From Octopus vulgaris (lineage: Eukaryota), in contig OX597817.1 in the NCBI GenBank assembly GCA_951406725.2, positions 39,494,001 through 39,558,000 on the forward strand: DNA of 64,000 bases, in the 5' to 3' direction. The notes beneath the pieces are model-generated. The model worked only from the letters and a program-made list of their open reading frames with translations, was not told where the DNA came from and ran no database searches. This document shows positions 39,235 to 53,380 of this stretch, piece by piece (positions within the stretch are counted from its first letter, which is position 1; each line of letters begins with the position of its first letter). A program made the position numbers and the translations under genes.

Positions 39235-39522
39235 GTGGAGGCACATGGCCTAGTGGTTAGAGCAGTGAACTCGTGGTCAAGGGATCGCGGTTTCGAATCT
39301 CAGACTGGGTGATGTGTGTGTTTATGAATGAAACACCTAAGCTCCATGCGCAGAAGGTAAAGGCGAACTTCTGCTGACTCTTTCGCCACAACTTTTTCTC
39401 ACTCTTTCCTCCTGCATCTTGCAGCTCACCTTTGACAGACTGGCGTCCTGTCCAGGTGGGGGAACCTATACGCCAAGGAAACCGACCCTATGAGCCAGGT
39501 GTGGCTCAAGAAGGAACAAACA
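39235..39522 (+). mobile_element. Full-length family-C tRNA-derived SINE with 12-bp TSD
   Basis: ggaggcacatggcctagtggttagagc...gtttcgaatctc head; ACTGTTATTGTG on both sides. Confidence 0.85.
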
Positions 39523-40148
39523 AGAGCAACTGTTATTGTGAGGCTCAACAGTTGTTGTCTAATCATCATCATCATTATTTAATACCTGTTTTCCATGCTG
39601 ACATGGGTTGTACAGTTTGACAGGAGCCAGCAAGCCACTGGGCTGCATCGATCCAGCATCTGCTTTAGCATGACTTTAATGGCTGGATGTCCTTGTTAGT
39701 GCCAACTACTTTTCCGCATGTACTGGGTACTTTTTATGTGGCACCTGCACTAGTGAAGTTGCCAGGTAACTTGCAAGACAAGAGAGAACAAGAAAAAGAA
39801 AAAAGTACCCTTGACAAAGTGGGATGGGGGTTTTGAGAGGAGATGAGGTGGTTGTATGCCAGGTGCTGAAGGGATGAAAAGTAAGAGAGAGACAAGCACA
39901 TGTATCTCGCTATAGAGGAGGTACATAGCTACCCTACATTATATAAGGGTGAAATGGGAGTAACTGGAAAGAAGATAGAGATGGTGGTAACTAAATGCCT
40001 GAGCATCTCAAGATTCAAGAAAGTGGTGTGAGGAGAGAGCAACAAATGGTTAGAATTGGGTTGTAGGCAAATATAGTGAGTGATAAAAGAAAGGTAGAGA
40101 TGAATTCCTTGAAATAAAAATTGATTTTGATTCTTACACTATTTTCAG

Positions 40149-40244
40149 CATGATCCACCCATAAAAGTTGAAGATCTGTTCTCTGACATCAAGAATGGAT
40201 TGGTATTACTTTCTTTACTTGAAGTTCTTACTGGGGAAAAACTG
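40149..40244 (+). CDS. SYNE1: Nesprin-1/Msp300-like gene, CH1 exon B: HDPPIKVEDLFSDIKNGLVLLSLLEVLTGEKL
   Basis: attttcag|CAT ... CTG|gtaagt; 96 nt, phase 0/0, in frame with exon A. Matches the nesprin pattern PPxxVxDLFxDxxxGxxLLxLLEVLxGxKL. Confidence 0.92.
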
Positions 40245-40319
40245 GTAAGTTGTTACTGAACATTATATATTTTGTATGCTTGTAATGTTAATATTGTTGT
40301 TTTCATCTGAGTGGTATCA

Positions 40320-40321
40320 CC

Positions 40322-40358
<37 letters not shown>

Positions 40359-41410
40359 TAATAATAATAGTAAAATAATAATAATGATAATAATAATAAT
40401 AATAAAATAATGATAATAATGATAACATGAACTTATAATAATAATAATGATAACATGAACTTATAATAATAATAATAATAACAACATGAACTTATAATAA
40501 TAATATGAACTTATAATAATAATAATGATTACATAAACTTCTAACTTGTTGTCTCTTGAGGTTTTTGGGTGAGACTTGGAGCCAACTTGTACAAATGCAA
40601 AGCAAAAGTCAAACATAAAATAATAATAATAATAAACACAAAAAAAACAAAAAACAAATAGGGGCTGCAATAAGGGTGGAGCAAGTACAGGGAACAAATA
40701 GGGGCCACAATAAGGGTGGAGCACTTGTAGAAAACAGCACTGCTTGGAATCATTCAAATACTCCGGATGGTGCATGAAAAATAAGGGGTGTTACCTTAGT
40801 TCACTGGTAGTGAACAGCTGACACCGTAGTACATCTCCAGCATTAGAAGCTGTGCAAAGACAATATGATAATGATAATAATTGCCCTGATGCAGTACCAA
40901 GCAGTGACTCTTAAGTGATTGGAAGTGATATCATGTACATTGTTTTGTCTTGGTATAAAAGATGGGCTACAGCAAATATTCTGCTCAATACCATAGATTT
41001 GCTTGTCAGTTGTTTGACCTTAACCAGTTGACCATGTCCCTTAGTGGCTGATGATATGCGCATCTCTGATCATGAGGAGAAGTAGTGGGGGAGCATCATA
41101 GCCATGTGTTGAGAGGAATTCTTTTGGGTTTGGATAGTTCACCTTTGGAAACATGGGTGTTTTGTTCAACATCCTTAAACAATCCTTATTCAGGGACCTT
41201 TTGAGCAGGATGGGCTACTTGACCTAAGAAAATTCTATGTCCCACCTGCAAGGTCATGTGCTGTTTATCTTGATAGAGATCACTATGTTGTGCACATATG
41301 GTTGTGATGCATGTGCCTGGTGTACCCTTATCTGATGGGTAGTCATGATGGGTATACTGGACTTCATATATCTGTACCCCAGTGTCACTTTGATGGCTTG
41401 CACTCAATGA
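40320..41410 (+). mobile_element. (TAA)n tract with nested R4/Dong-like 3' ends and an ~530-bp (TAA)n-associated repeat
   Basis: 40530-40630 matches 8000-8090; 40730-40770 encodes a KTALLGIIQILRMV-type terminus; 40881-41410 matches 7078-7632. Confidence 0.65.
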
Positions 41411-42947
41411 TGATAATCTCACTCAATGGTAAAAATAATTATTATTTGTACTATTGGCATAAAAGCTGAAATCTTGGGGAGAGAGCAAGTCAGTTACATT
41501 GCCCCCATATTTTATTGACCTGAAAGGATGAAAGGCAAAGTTGAACTTGGAATTTGAACTCAAGATATAAAACTGGAAAAAATTTTGTGAAGCATCTCTT
41601 TTGGATGCTTTTATTATTCTGCCTGATTGTCAACATCATCATCATCATCGTTTAACATCCGTTTTCCATGATGGCATGGATTGAATGGTTTGACTGAGGA
41701 CTGGCAAGCCAGGAGGCTGCACCAGGCTCCAATCTGATTTGGCAAGGTTTCTACAGCTGGATGCCCTTCCTAACACCAACTACCCCGAGAGTGTAGTGGG
41801 TACTTTTTATGTGCCACTGGCACAGGAGCCAGTCAAGTGGCACTGACATCGACCATGTTCAGATAGTGCTTGAGTGTTCAGGTTTTTCCAAATGACCTGC
41901 ACAAATGATTTGTTTATAGTGATCAAATGCATGTGTTGTACATTAGTTCACTCCCTCCATCAAATTGACGTTACCTGAACAGGTGCAAGCTGTACCACGC
42001 ATCAAGTACCACACAATGCGTTATCAAAACTGCTTCGTTTCAATGATAAAGGTATTTTTTACTAAATTTTTCATTATTTTCACAATGAATTGAAACATAA
42101 GCAGCATACAAAAGAACATGGAGCTTGAGTACAATTTTCTGTCTCCCGAGTTTCATCTCACAAGGTTGACTCACCTAAGGTGCTCTGCAGTGGGATCAAA
42201 CTAGGAGCCACTTATTAGTAAAGTGAGCTTCTTAACCACACAGCTGTAGCTTTAGGTCAGCCCTTATTTCCTGAATATGCACTGCTGACATAGAGGTGCA
42301 TTTAATTATACCTGTGTGTTTTTTTATACCATCAAATATGGTATATAATTTATTGTGTCCTGTTTTAAGATGTTGAATGAGGTTTGAGGAAGATTTGGCT
42401 GCTAGTTCTAATCCTCTATGTGGATGTTCAATTTCATCAAGTTTTCCTTCTTGGCTTGATATATTCTAGACAGAATATGTTACTAATCTGAATACCTATG
42501 ATAAAAAAATAAGCATTGTGTATCATTGTGTGAGATAAGTCAACTTTATCTACATTCTTTGCCAGTTCTTCAGGGCATGTTCTTCTTTATGGCTAATGTT
42601 TGGTTATTCAGGCAGATAGAAAGATAACTGCTATTTCTGGGCATTTTCCAATTGTTGAACATGTGCTCATTAGATAGTCTTGAAACACTATTATAGAATT
42701 AGTTCAACAAGTTTGAGATTTGACTTAGATCTTTTATGAGATAAAACTGAAGTGTTATGAAAATACAGTCAGAGAATACAGGGCAGCTATCCATCACTCA
42801 CATGCAAGTATGGCTTGATAATGTACTATGCTTTCCCTAATTCTATTAGGGTCTTTTGTAATTGCAAGCAGACTGATATTGTCTTGGCTGTCCTTGCCAC
42901 AACAGACATTGAAGATGTGGCTGCTGGAGGGAGAGAATGAGTTACAT

Positions 42948-43133
42948 CAGTGCTCCACAACTGGTATGCTGCGGCACACTGGTGTGCCATGAGATGATGT
43001 TAGGTGTGCCACAGTGTAACCTGAATATAATTTTTACCTCTATACTTTCAGTTATATTTTTTGTTCATGTGTGCTGCCAAATTTTGAAAAGAGTATAAGT
43101 GTACTGCAAGTGAAAAAAGGTTGTGGAGTACCG
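42948..43133. mobile_element. hAT-type MITE
   Basis: TIRs cagtgctccacaac and gttgtggagtaccg; degenerate 8-bp TSD agttacat/agctacac. Confidence 0.65.
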
Positions 43134-43735
43134 AGCTACACCCACACCTGGCTGATATTAATTTCTAGTTGAGTAGACTGGAGCAGGTGGAGGCGTGTGG
43201 CTTAGTGGTTAGGATGTCAGCATCATGATCGTAAGGTTGTGGTTTCGATTCCTGGACCGGGCGATGCTTTGTGTTCTTGAGCAAAACACTTCATTTCACA
43301 TTGCTCCAGTACACTCAGCTGGCAAAAATGAGTAACGTTGCGATGGACTAATGTCCCGTCCAGCTGGGGAACACATACACCATAGAACCTGGGAAACCGG
43401 GCCTCTATATGGTTATTTGATGTGCTAGAAATAGCAGCTAAGTCCACTAAAATCTCATGCCATTGTCTTAAAAAGAGGACACATTAAATGATGTAGTTCT
43501 TGATAGACAATAAGTGGGGATCAGCATGTTTGGAACCCCATTGACCATAGGTCTACTCAATCAACACTGACTTGGGACTATACATCATCTACCACCATCA
43601 CTGCCACCACCACCTCTACTGCTATCCCTATAGAGATCCAGAGACTTCAAATTATCAAATCTGTTATTTTACTCTTGGTAGTTGGCCAAACTGATAACAA
43701 ATTGGATGGCAGATTTAATCCATTGTTTGGTTTAA

Positions 43736-43960
43736 CCCATTTGATACTATATTTCTGTTGAAATACAATGCTTTTGCTTTAGTTAATTTGGACAATAATA
43801 AAGAATTTAATAAAAAAAAAACCTTTGTCATTAATAAGCTGGAATTGAAGTGTAAATTAACTTGAAATTTTGATAGAAGACTTTATTTTGGATCTCTTTA
43901 AAACAAGAAGCTTATATTATTGAACCAGGAGTGGTCTCAGGTGCATTGATACCAAAAGGG
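43736..43960. mobile_element. piggyBac-type MITE (TTAA TSD)
   Basis: ttaa|cccatttgatac...gataccaaaaggg|ttaa; homologous to 53415-53620. Confidence 0.75.
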
Positions 43961-45361
43961 TTAACCACATAGTCAGTGTGGCAGTATCTGTGACTTGCAT
44001 GTTCTCTTATGCTTGTCTGGTTGATGCTTGGCCTAAACATCTGTAGGACATCATCATAATTAACGTCATTGTTTTCATGCTGGTATCACTTGGATGGTTC
44101 ACCAAGAACCGATGATCCAGAAGAGTGTGCCAAGCTCCAATATCTTCTTTGGCATGGTTTCCACAGCTGTATAGCCTCCTGAATGCCAACCAATTTGCAG
44201 AGAGTCCTGGGTTGGGTGCTCTTGTTCATGATACCAGCACCGGTGAGGTCACTAGGTACCCAGAACACAAAAGCCCTCAACTATTTTGCAGGCAGAGAAA
44301 ATATCAGGAATTCTGTCTGAATATTATTACTGCTGTGAATTTTGCTAAATGGATCTTAGGAAAAAGCTAGGTGATGTCCCCACACTTAGAACCAGCCATT
44401 AGATTTACCTCCAGGTCCTACTGAGGCAGAAAATAGACATATCAACAAGCAATACTGACCCCCTGGCTCCCATAGAGTATGCCATGCTGTTAGGACTAGA
44501 GACATAATGGTACTAGTCTCATTTGATGAAGTAGGTATCCATGGCCTATCTGTGGTGGGTTACATCTTGAATTAATCATCATCATCATCATCATCATTAA
44601 CATTGCATACACTTTCCCTTTTGGCTTGAGTTAGATGGATTGTCATTGTCTGAGACATTTCTTATTGGGGTATTTTGTTACTAAAGGCTTGAGTGTGTAC
44701 TTGTCATTTGACTTGGTTTCCCTGTTTGGATGCCTTTCCTTTCACCAACCACTTTACAAAGAGCATACTGGATACATTCTGTTGTGACATTAATATCAGG
44801 GTATTCAGTAACTAAAAAGTATGTGGATGGAAGAAAGAAATACAAGAAAGAGCAATGAGAGCAGAAAGGCCAGAAATGGATTGTTGAGATACAGAGGGAG
44901 GATAGGAGTGTAAGAATAGAGTGCTTAGTGTCTAAGTGTAAAGAGTACTAAACGTATGACAACACTCAATGGTGAGAGAGTATTAAATGTATAAGTGTCA
45001 GGAATATTCAATAGAACAGAGCATGTACACTTGCTTGGATGTTTTAGGCAGTGGCTAGGAGAGTGAGAGAGAAAACTGGAGCAAGACATGGGAAGGGCTT
45101 TGCCCATAAATGGTTAAAGACACAGTGTCAGCAGCAATGGATACTTTAGAGAAATTTGGTCATATAATTTTAATTATTTGTTTGAATCTATTAATCCCCT
45201 GTGGTAAATAATCTGGTAGCTTTTAGAGTTTAATGACACTCAAGAATTTTAAATATTTTTAATAAAAGAGACAGTGAGGGAGAGTAATTTTTTTCTTTTT
45301 AAAGGAAGAAATTTAACTGTTACTAATATGCTACATCACATGTGTGTGTGTGTGTCTGCAT

Positions 45362-45400
<39 letters not shown>

Positions 45401-45542
45401 CACACATGCACACATGTATACATTGCTGATGTTGTCATATACTAATTGTGAAATCAGATCTTGCTGAGGTCAACTTAACTTTTCATCACTCTGAGATTTT
45501 ATATATTGAGTGCATATTCCAATCTTTGGTAATTTTTCTGAC

Positions 45543-45593
<51 letters not shown>

Positions 45594-45921
45594 CATCCCA
45601 TATTATCCTGAATTCTTTTTTTTTATCCTGTTTGAATGAAACTTAATAGTTTTATATGTTTTATATGTTACACAGACACCTTACAGAAAATATGACCGAG
45701 AAAAGTTGTTTCGTTTTTGAAATGTGTGTGCCATATATAGCATGCTATACAAGTACAATTTAAGTTATTTGTATTGAGTAAATGAATAAAATGAAATGTT
45801 CACAATACAATCACAAACCAATATCTTTGGTACAAATCATTGGTTTATCACTGCCAACATGAGTCACAAGTTACTGTCTAATTCAAGACATATAGATCAT
45901 TGTTTTTATACCAACACTTAC

Positions 45922-47320
45922 TTATTTTGTGTGGTATGATGCAAAACATGACAAGCATACTCCTATGTTGCACTTGCAGCATTGCATTAAAGGTCTAGCC
46001 ATACAGCTTCTTTGTCTTTTACCATTAGGGCTTTTTTTCAACCAAATGATCTTGACCATCAAAATTCGTATTGATTCCTCCAGGTAGTCTGCTTGGTTTT
46101 CTTCCACGTCCTTTGGGCTTACATCAAAATCTTTTCAAATAGGTCATAGCTATCTCCTGTTTAAAATCAAGCTGACTCATATTTAATCCACATGTTTTAT
46201 GAATTTACCAAACATTTGGAATAGCGGCATCTAGCAACCAAGTAAAAATGCTAAGCCATCACTTTTTGTCATGTATACTCACATGATATACATTTATGTT
46301 CTGATTCATAAGATCAGTGCCTCCCTTGAAAATATAGCATTTGATTGCTTCAGGAATAGGCACGCTTACTCTCTTTTTTTTGAGATGTGCTCAACCTGTT
46401 AACAAACTCTTTTGGCTGATCACTATACTGGGTTGACACCAGTTTTATAGCAGCATTATCTAGCCATTGAATAATATTGAGTGTTATCTTTCCTTGTTTA
46501 TTTTCAACTGAGTGTGCCTCCATATATCCCCATTCTTGCTTTTTAACAGAAGTGACCGACAATAGTGGACACTGTTTTCCTAGCGGATTTCTTTTTACAG
46601 TTGCAGTAGCATTATAACCCAAAGTGACTAATCTTTCAAACAAAGCTATTGACGTAAATACATTGTCCATATATATATATATATATGATAAAGTAATTCT
46701 CTTTTTTCCCAATATTGCACATGAAGATGCAATACTGACACAGCACACTTGCCATAATTCATTTCATCTGACTCATTCCCTTGGTATGTTTTTCCCTGAT
46801 AGAGACCAAAGGCAATCAGATATCCAGTAGAAGAATTTTGGCACCAAACCTTATATCTGAATCTTATTGGCTTGTTTCTTATGCATTATTTGCATCTGTG
46901 TTTCCCTAAGTACTCAATCTGTGCTTCATCACACAAAATATACTGCTTTGTTATAAAATTTTGCAAAAATTTTTCTTGCAAGTGTGTAATTAGTTGTCCA
47001 ATTTAGTATATTTATCACTTGTGTTCAAGCTTTTGTTGTCTTGAAAATGGAGGCATTTTATGATTAAATCAAATTGATCCCTTCTCATAGCTTCATACAC
47101 ACCCACATTTCTCAAGTCATCACTGGTTGCCCAGTACTGTGCTTTACTTAGCAATGGGTTATAGCCTGATGCTATCAAAATGGCAAAAAATACTTTTAAC
47201 TCTTCTTTAGTCATACTTATATCTTGCCAATTTCTATACAGTGAATATTTTGTACTTTCATTGATATTTTGATTAACTAGCTCTTTGTCAAAAAACAACT
47301 CAAAAAGTTCATGATCGTTG
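45922..47320 (-). mobile_element. Decayed piggyBac/PGBD transposase
   Basis: ORF pieces EELKVFFAILIASG...YW...AMRRDQFDLIIKCLHFQDN...DKYTKL, YMDNVFTSIALF...ATATVKRN, WLDN..VST, and the Cys-rich end CCKCNIGVCLSCFASYH; multiple frameshifts and stops. Confidence 0.88.
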
Positions 47321-47807
47321 ACAGTGTTGTCTTACTGGCACATGTGCTGGTGGCACTTGAAAAACAACATTTGAGCATGGACTGGCTCCTGTGCAGGTAG
47401 CATGTAAAAACACCTTTTGAGTATGGTTTTTGCCAGAACCTCCTGACTAGCCCTCATGTCAGTTTCAAGTAAAAAGCATCCACTACACTCTCGGAGTGGT
47501 TCGTGTTAGGAAGGGTATCCAGTTGTAGAAACTTTGCCAGATCAGATTGGGCCTGGTGCAGCCTCTGGCTCACCAGTCCTCAGTCAAACCATCCAACCCA
47601 TGCCAGCATGGAAAGCGGACATTAAACGATGATAATGATGTGTTAGTATGTTTTGCAAGAAATGGCTAAGTTTCTTTCTCTAACATATTATATAATTCAA
47701 ACTACACAAGTTAACATGTGAAAAACAAAATAGGAATTTTGAAAGAAGTTTCCATAAAACTAAGTTTTTAAAGATTGAATGGCTGTGGGGGTCCTCAAGA
47801 ATATAAT

Positions 47808-48300
47808 AGTAGTTAGTTAGTTAGTTAGTTAGTTAATTTGGCTCAAAAGCAAATAGCAAGGCCATGTAGGGGGACATGGAGTTAAGTACAGGGTGGTGTT
47901 CATGTAAAGAGTTCAGGCCACTTGAGGTCCAGAGAGGCTTTGAACAAAGCGGTCGTCGGCATCTTCACCATCTCGTCTGGCAGCTTGTTCCACGGATCCG
48001 CAACCCGGACGGAGAAAGCTCCTCTCCTTCGATTGAGATGAAATCGTCGCAGGTAGAGCTTTTCGGAATGACCTCGCAGCCGACGCTCCGGAGCAGGAGT
48101 GAAGAACAGCTCTTTAGAGAGGTTACACTTCCCGCTTATGATGTTGTGGGCGAGAATGAGATCACCACGGCGGCTGCGTTTTTCAAGAGAATAAAGGTCG
48201 AGCGTCCTCAGCCTTTCTTCGTAGGACAAATTTTTGAGACCATGAACCATGCGGGTAGCCAGCCTCTGAACTCTTTCGAGATGCTGTATGTCTTTGAGGA
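47808..48300 (-). mobile_element. Young CR1-group LINE 3' fragment with (TAAC)n tail
   Basis: Uninterrupted KDIQHLERVQRLATRMV...YEERLRTLDLYSLEKR...RGD...RGH...FSVRVADPWNKLP; GC/CpG-rich relative to the flanks; tail reads (agtt)n on the plus strand. Confidence 0.9.
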
Positions 48301-48483
48301 GATCAAAGGGGTCCATAGATAAAAAATGTTTGAGAACCCCTGGTCTAGTGATTATGGCTAAAGTGGTTGTATGGTGGACACAGTTGAAAAGATTGAGGAC
48401 AAACACCTTCCTCTTCAGTCAAGTTTTCATTGACTTTTTCAAGGTCAATTTCGAAAGAAAAGTGAAGTTGAAGAGGAAGAGCT

Positions 48484-48525
<42 letters not shown>

Positions 48526-49061
48526 ACTACCACCACCACCACTACTACTATCTCCCATCACCACCTTTACTACTGTTAGGGTGATGGAGTAGCAGAACCA
48601 TTGGAATGGTATTTGCTCCCATTTTTTTTTATATTCTAAGATAAAATCTCACAGTGGTTAACTTTGCTTTCTATCCTTCCAAATCTGATAAAAGTAAAGT
48701 ATCAGTTAAGTACTGTGGTCAATGTAGTCAGCCACCCCTGCACTTCTCCTTAAATCTGTTGACCTTGTGCCTAAATTAGAATCAGTTACCCTGAATTAGG
48801 ATACCTATGATCAAAGGTATTTTAACTGTGACCCTTCTGTTTTTTTTTTTCAGTGGTACAGACTACACTATCTAATGTGTCTTTCCCCTGAATTTTTTTT
48901 AAAAGACAGTGGAGGTGATTTGAGGAAGATTTTAGCTGCTATTTCTTATTTGTTGAATGACCATGCAGAGATTCCCCTATTATTCTTTGTTGTTGTTTTA
49001 GTGGTGGTGTTGGTGGACTTACTAGCAGCCACAGTGGTAGTGGTGGTAGTATTAGTGGTGA

Positions 49062-49096
<35 letters not shown>

Positions 49097-49307
49097 GTGA
49101 TGGCGCTGGTGGTGATAGTGGTGGTAGTGGTGGTGGTAGTGGTGGTGGTAGTGGTGGTGGTGGGGGTAGTGGTGGTGGTGGTGGTAGTAGTGATTGTGGT
49201 GGTACCGCTAAAGAATCTTAAGACAGGGTACCCCTTGTGTTGCAAACTTGTCGGCTGTTGCCTAAAGTAAACAACAAAACTAATTAGAAGAAAGTTTACA
49301 CAGATGC

Positions 49308-50257
49308 GCATATGCACCTACACATAGAGACACATGCATGCACACACACACACACATACACACAAAGCCAAATGCACACATAAGAATACACACCTACACA
49401 AATATACACCCATACAAACACACACACACACACACATTCACACAACATGCCAACACTTATGAGACTGTATCATAGATAGTAGGTCAACGTTTCATAAAGA
49501 GAAAACTACTTTATTTTTGCCTAATTATTTCTGAATGTAATGTTTAGAAGAAATTAAAATGTCTGGTGTTGTATTTCCGCTTCATATTTATTGCTGTAGA
49601 GACTTCATGCTGCGTAAATATGCAACAATTAAAAATTCCTGGTTCACAAGATTTAGGATTAAAAATCCACTGAGTATATTTTTTTAATTAATTTAGAAAT
49701 ATTTTTATTGTTGTTTTCTTCATACATATTTTTTTTTAGAAATGCTTTTTGTAAGAATTGTAATAATGATTCTTTTGGCTAGATCAATGGTCCTCAACCA
49801 AGGTCCATATAAGATTTTTGGGGCCCACACAACAAATAGTAAATTGGGGATTCACAATAGTATTTTTAAGGGCTCTTGAAAAAGTTTTGCTTTAAATTGT
49901 CTTGCTTGAGAAGACACGTCAAGCCAAGTGAAACTATTCGTCACCATTTCCACTGTTATGTAAGTGGCATCCATGAAATTGTAGTCATGGTTGTTGCTAG
50001 TGTCATGTAAATGGCACCCGTGCAGGTGGCACATAAAAAGCATCCATTACACTCTTGGAGTGGTTGGCATTAGGAAGGGTATCCAACCGTGGAAACCATG
50101 TCAAATTAAACTGGAACATGGTGCAGCTCCCCAGCTTATCAGTGTGCATATGCACCAACACATAGAGACACATGCGCACACACACATACACACACACACA
50201 TACACACAAAGCCAAATGCACACATAAGAATACACACCTACACATAAATATACACCC
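49308..50257 (+). repeat. ~105-110-bp direct repeat pair (49308-49410 and 50146-50257)
   Basis: gcatatgcacc.acacatagagacacatgc...caaagccaaatgcacacataagaatacacacctacaca...tatacaccc occurs twice. Confidence 0.75.
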
Positions 50258-53236
50258 AAACACACAGAGGTAATTAGGTTGTCAGGTGGGTTGTGACAGA
50301 GAGGTGTTTTGGAGAAATTTTTATTGGTTAAATTCCAGGTATGCTATTGTTTAGAATTTATTATGCATGTAGAACTTTGTAAAGGGGTGTGTATATTTAG
50401 GTGTGTCACATTTAGGTCATGGGATTGTTGTTTAGTGATTCACAAAGAGGAAGTTTTTTTTAGTCAGTGGATGTGTAGATAGTTTTAGTTATTTTGTGTT
50501 TTATTGGATTTAATCCTTTGTTTTGACAGTGCAAAGATCAAAGCTTTGCAGGTACAGATAGATGTGCAACTACTGCTGAATGTGTCAGAGCTCCACATAG
50601 ATAATTATTATTCAGTCAGCTTCCAGTCTAATCATTAGTCTACTCCTGTACTTAGTAGTGTTGCTAATTATGATATAGCAACATTATATAGCAATGTTAT
50701 AGACATGTAAAAGAAAATTAAGATAATCACAAGTATAAATGAGAGCACTCAGTGAGTGCAAACCTCTGCCAAGGCAACACCAATGTCCTTTCAAATGATT
50801 AGCCAGAGATGATTTTTAAAATGAAAATATCTGAAATAAACTTGACTGCTCTCACAAACGAGAATATTAAAAATGAACCTGACCGCTTTCAAAAATTAAG
50901 TAAAAAAACAGGAAAAATAATCCAGAATCCTTGTCTGGTACTGGATCGATCCAAAAGTCTAATCAGTTTGTGCCAGTCACAGAGCCAACATTAGGTCTCA
51001 CCAAGGAAATGACTAGCAACTGAGACTTTTGGAAATATGCTGTGCTTGAGAAGACCCGGTAAGCCAAATGAGATCATAACCTGTGGCCTATGCCAGGAAC
51101 GTAACCAGCCCGCTTATGCGTACCTTTTCCTTCTTTGGTCACTAAACTCTGCTTGCGAAGACCTGTTGAGGCAAGTGAAATCAAAATCAAAATCAATTCG
51201 ATGACTGGCATCCGTGCTAGCGGTGTGCAAAGAGCACCATACGAGTGTGATCGTTGACAGAGCAGCTATTCGAGTATGATCGTTACCAGCGTCGCCTTAC
51301 TGACACTTATGCCTGTGCTAGTAGGGTGCCAAGAGCACCATCTGAGCATGATCGTTGCCAGAGCAAGCAACTGGCTTCCATACCCGTGGCACGTAAAAGG
51401 GCACCATTCGAGCGTGATCGTTACCAATGTTGCTTCACTGGCACCTGTGCCAGTGGCACGTGTAAAGAGATTCGAATGAGGTCATTGCCAGTACCACCGA
51501 ACTGGCCCCCATGCCAGTGGTATGTAAAAAGCACCCACTACACTCTCGGAGTGGTTGGTGTTAGGAAGGGCATCCAGCTGTAGAAACTCTGCCAGATCAA
51601 GATTGGAGCCTGGTGCAGCCATCTGGCTCGCCAGCCCTCAGTCAAAATCGTCCAACCCATGCTAGCATGGAAAGCGGACGTTAAACGATGATGATGATGA
51701 TGATGATGAAATGTGGAGGTTTCCGGAAAGTACCCTACTACAAAAAATGAGATAACTTGGTTCAAAAGTCTCGTGTACTTTCACAGAACTGAGGATATTT
51801 AATTCTGATGCAGTAAGGTTTAAAACATTGGGAGCAATAACAGTGGATAGTTCATTTATTTCACTGTTCAGCTGCTCAAGCGACTGAACTATCTCCTGTC
51901 ACTGCCAAAGTTGCTGTTCTTGTTGTTGAGCCACAGGTCAAACCTGATTCAAAGCAGGCATTCATTTCACCACCATGTGTTTCTGGGTTTCATCTTGCTG
52001 CATGGCACTTCAGTCAAATGCCTTCTACTGTAATATTGGATTGACTAATGCCTTATGAGTGAAATCTAAATGTAGCTGGTACCTGAGAAGTATTATATAT
52101 GGGTGTATATGTGTGCTTATGTATACTAACGAAACATTTCTATACGTCTTTCGGTATATTAATGCATATGTATGTGTTTATGCATGCTAATGTGTGTGTG
52201 TGTGTTTACATACAGTAATGTACATGGGGGTGTATGGGGCTAAACATAGAGGAGACAAACAAGGACAGACAAAGGGATTAAGTTGATTTCATCGATCCCA
52301 GTGCGTAACTGGTACTTATTTAAACGACTCCGAAGGGATGAAAGTCTAAGTCGGCCTTGACGGAATTTGAACTCAAAACGTAACGGCAGACGAAATACCA
52401 CTAAGCATTTCGCCTAGCGAAATAATGTATAATAATGTATATTGGTGTATGTGTCTTAATGTATATTAATGTATGTGTGTGTGTTTATGTATGCTGACGT
52501 ATATATGAGTGTGTTTATGTATGCCAATGTATAAGTCTGTGTGTGTTTATGTATGTTAATGTATAAGTCTGTGTATGTTTATGTATACTGATATATATCA
52601 GTGTAAATTTCGTGTAGTGTTTGCCTCTTGAAAGAAAGCAACTTCCTAAAATGAGACACAGCTCAAGGTTTTGGCCATTCAATAAACCAAGTATCAAACT
52701 AAGCAATTTAGTTGATACAACTGAAACCTTTGAAAGAAGTGCTCCAGCATGGATGGTTGCTGTCCTATAACTGTAACTCAGTAAAATTAAATATAAGAAA
52801 AGAATAAGTTTATAACAAGATGGCGACGGTAACAACAACAACAACAATCCCTTCTGCTATTTTGGAAAAGGGTACGAGTCAATTACATCGACCCCAGTGC
52901 TCAACTGGTATTTATTTCATCGACCCTGAAAGGATGAAAGGCAAAGTCTACTCCAGAGGAATTTGATCTCAGAATGTTAAGACAGACGGAATGCCACCAA
53001 GCATCTTGTTTAGCATCTAACAATTCTGCTAGCTCAAGCAGAGGGCCTGAAATTTTACTGGAGGATTCCAGCCAATTACAATTGACCCCAATGCTCAACT
53101 GGTGCTTATTTTATCGACCCTGAGAGGATAAAAAGGCAAAATTGACTTCGGGGGAATTCGAACTCTGAACATAAAGAAAAGCTGCTAAGCATTTTGTCTG
53201 ACGTTTTTATTATTCTACCAGCTCACTGTCTCGATC

Positions 53237-53380
53237 TTATTTCTTTATTGCTCACAAGGGGCTAAGCATAGTGGGGACAAACAAGGACAGACAAACGGAT
53301 TAAGTCGATTACATCGACCCCAATGCGTAAATGGTACTTAATTTATCGACCCCGAAAGGATGAAAGGCAAAGTCAACCTT
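53237..53380 (-). mobile_element. 5'-truncated family-B SINE with 16-bp TSD, within a cluster of family-B copies (52850-53400)
   Basis: TCACTGTCTCGATCTT is duplicated on both sides. Confidence 0.8.

Noticed and set aside
39237-39310. tRNA-like sequences with A/B boxes (also at other SINE heads)
   Set aside because: They continue into SINE bodies with TSDs and lack a complete acceptor stem; not tRNA genes.
50738-50992. Possible Helitron/Helentron-associated element starting with a gcactc-agt-gagtgc hairpin
   Set aside because: Truncated by an RTE tail with the other terminus not visible; classification is too uncertain.
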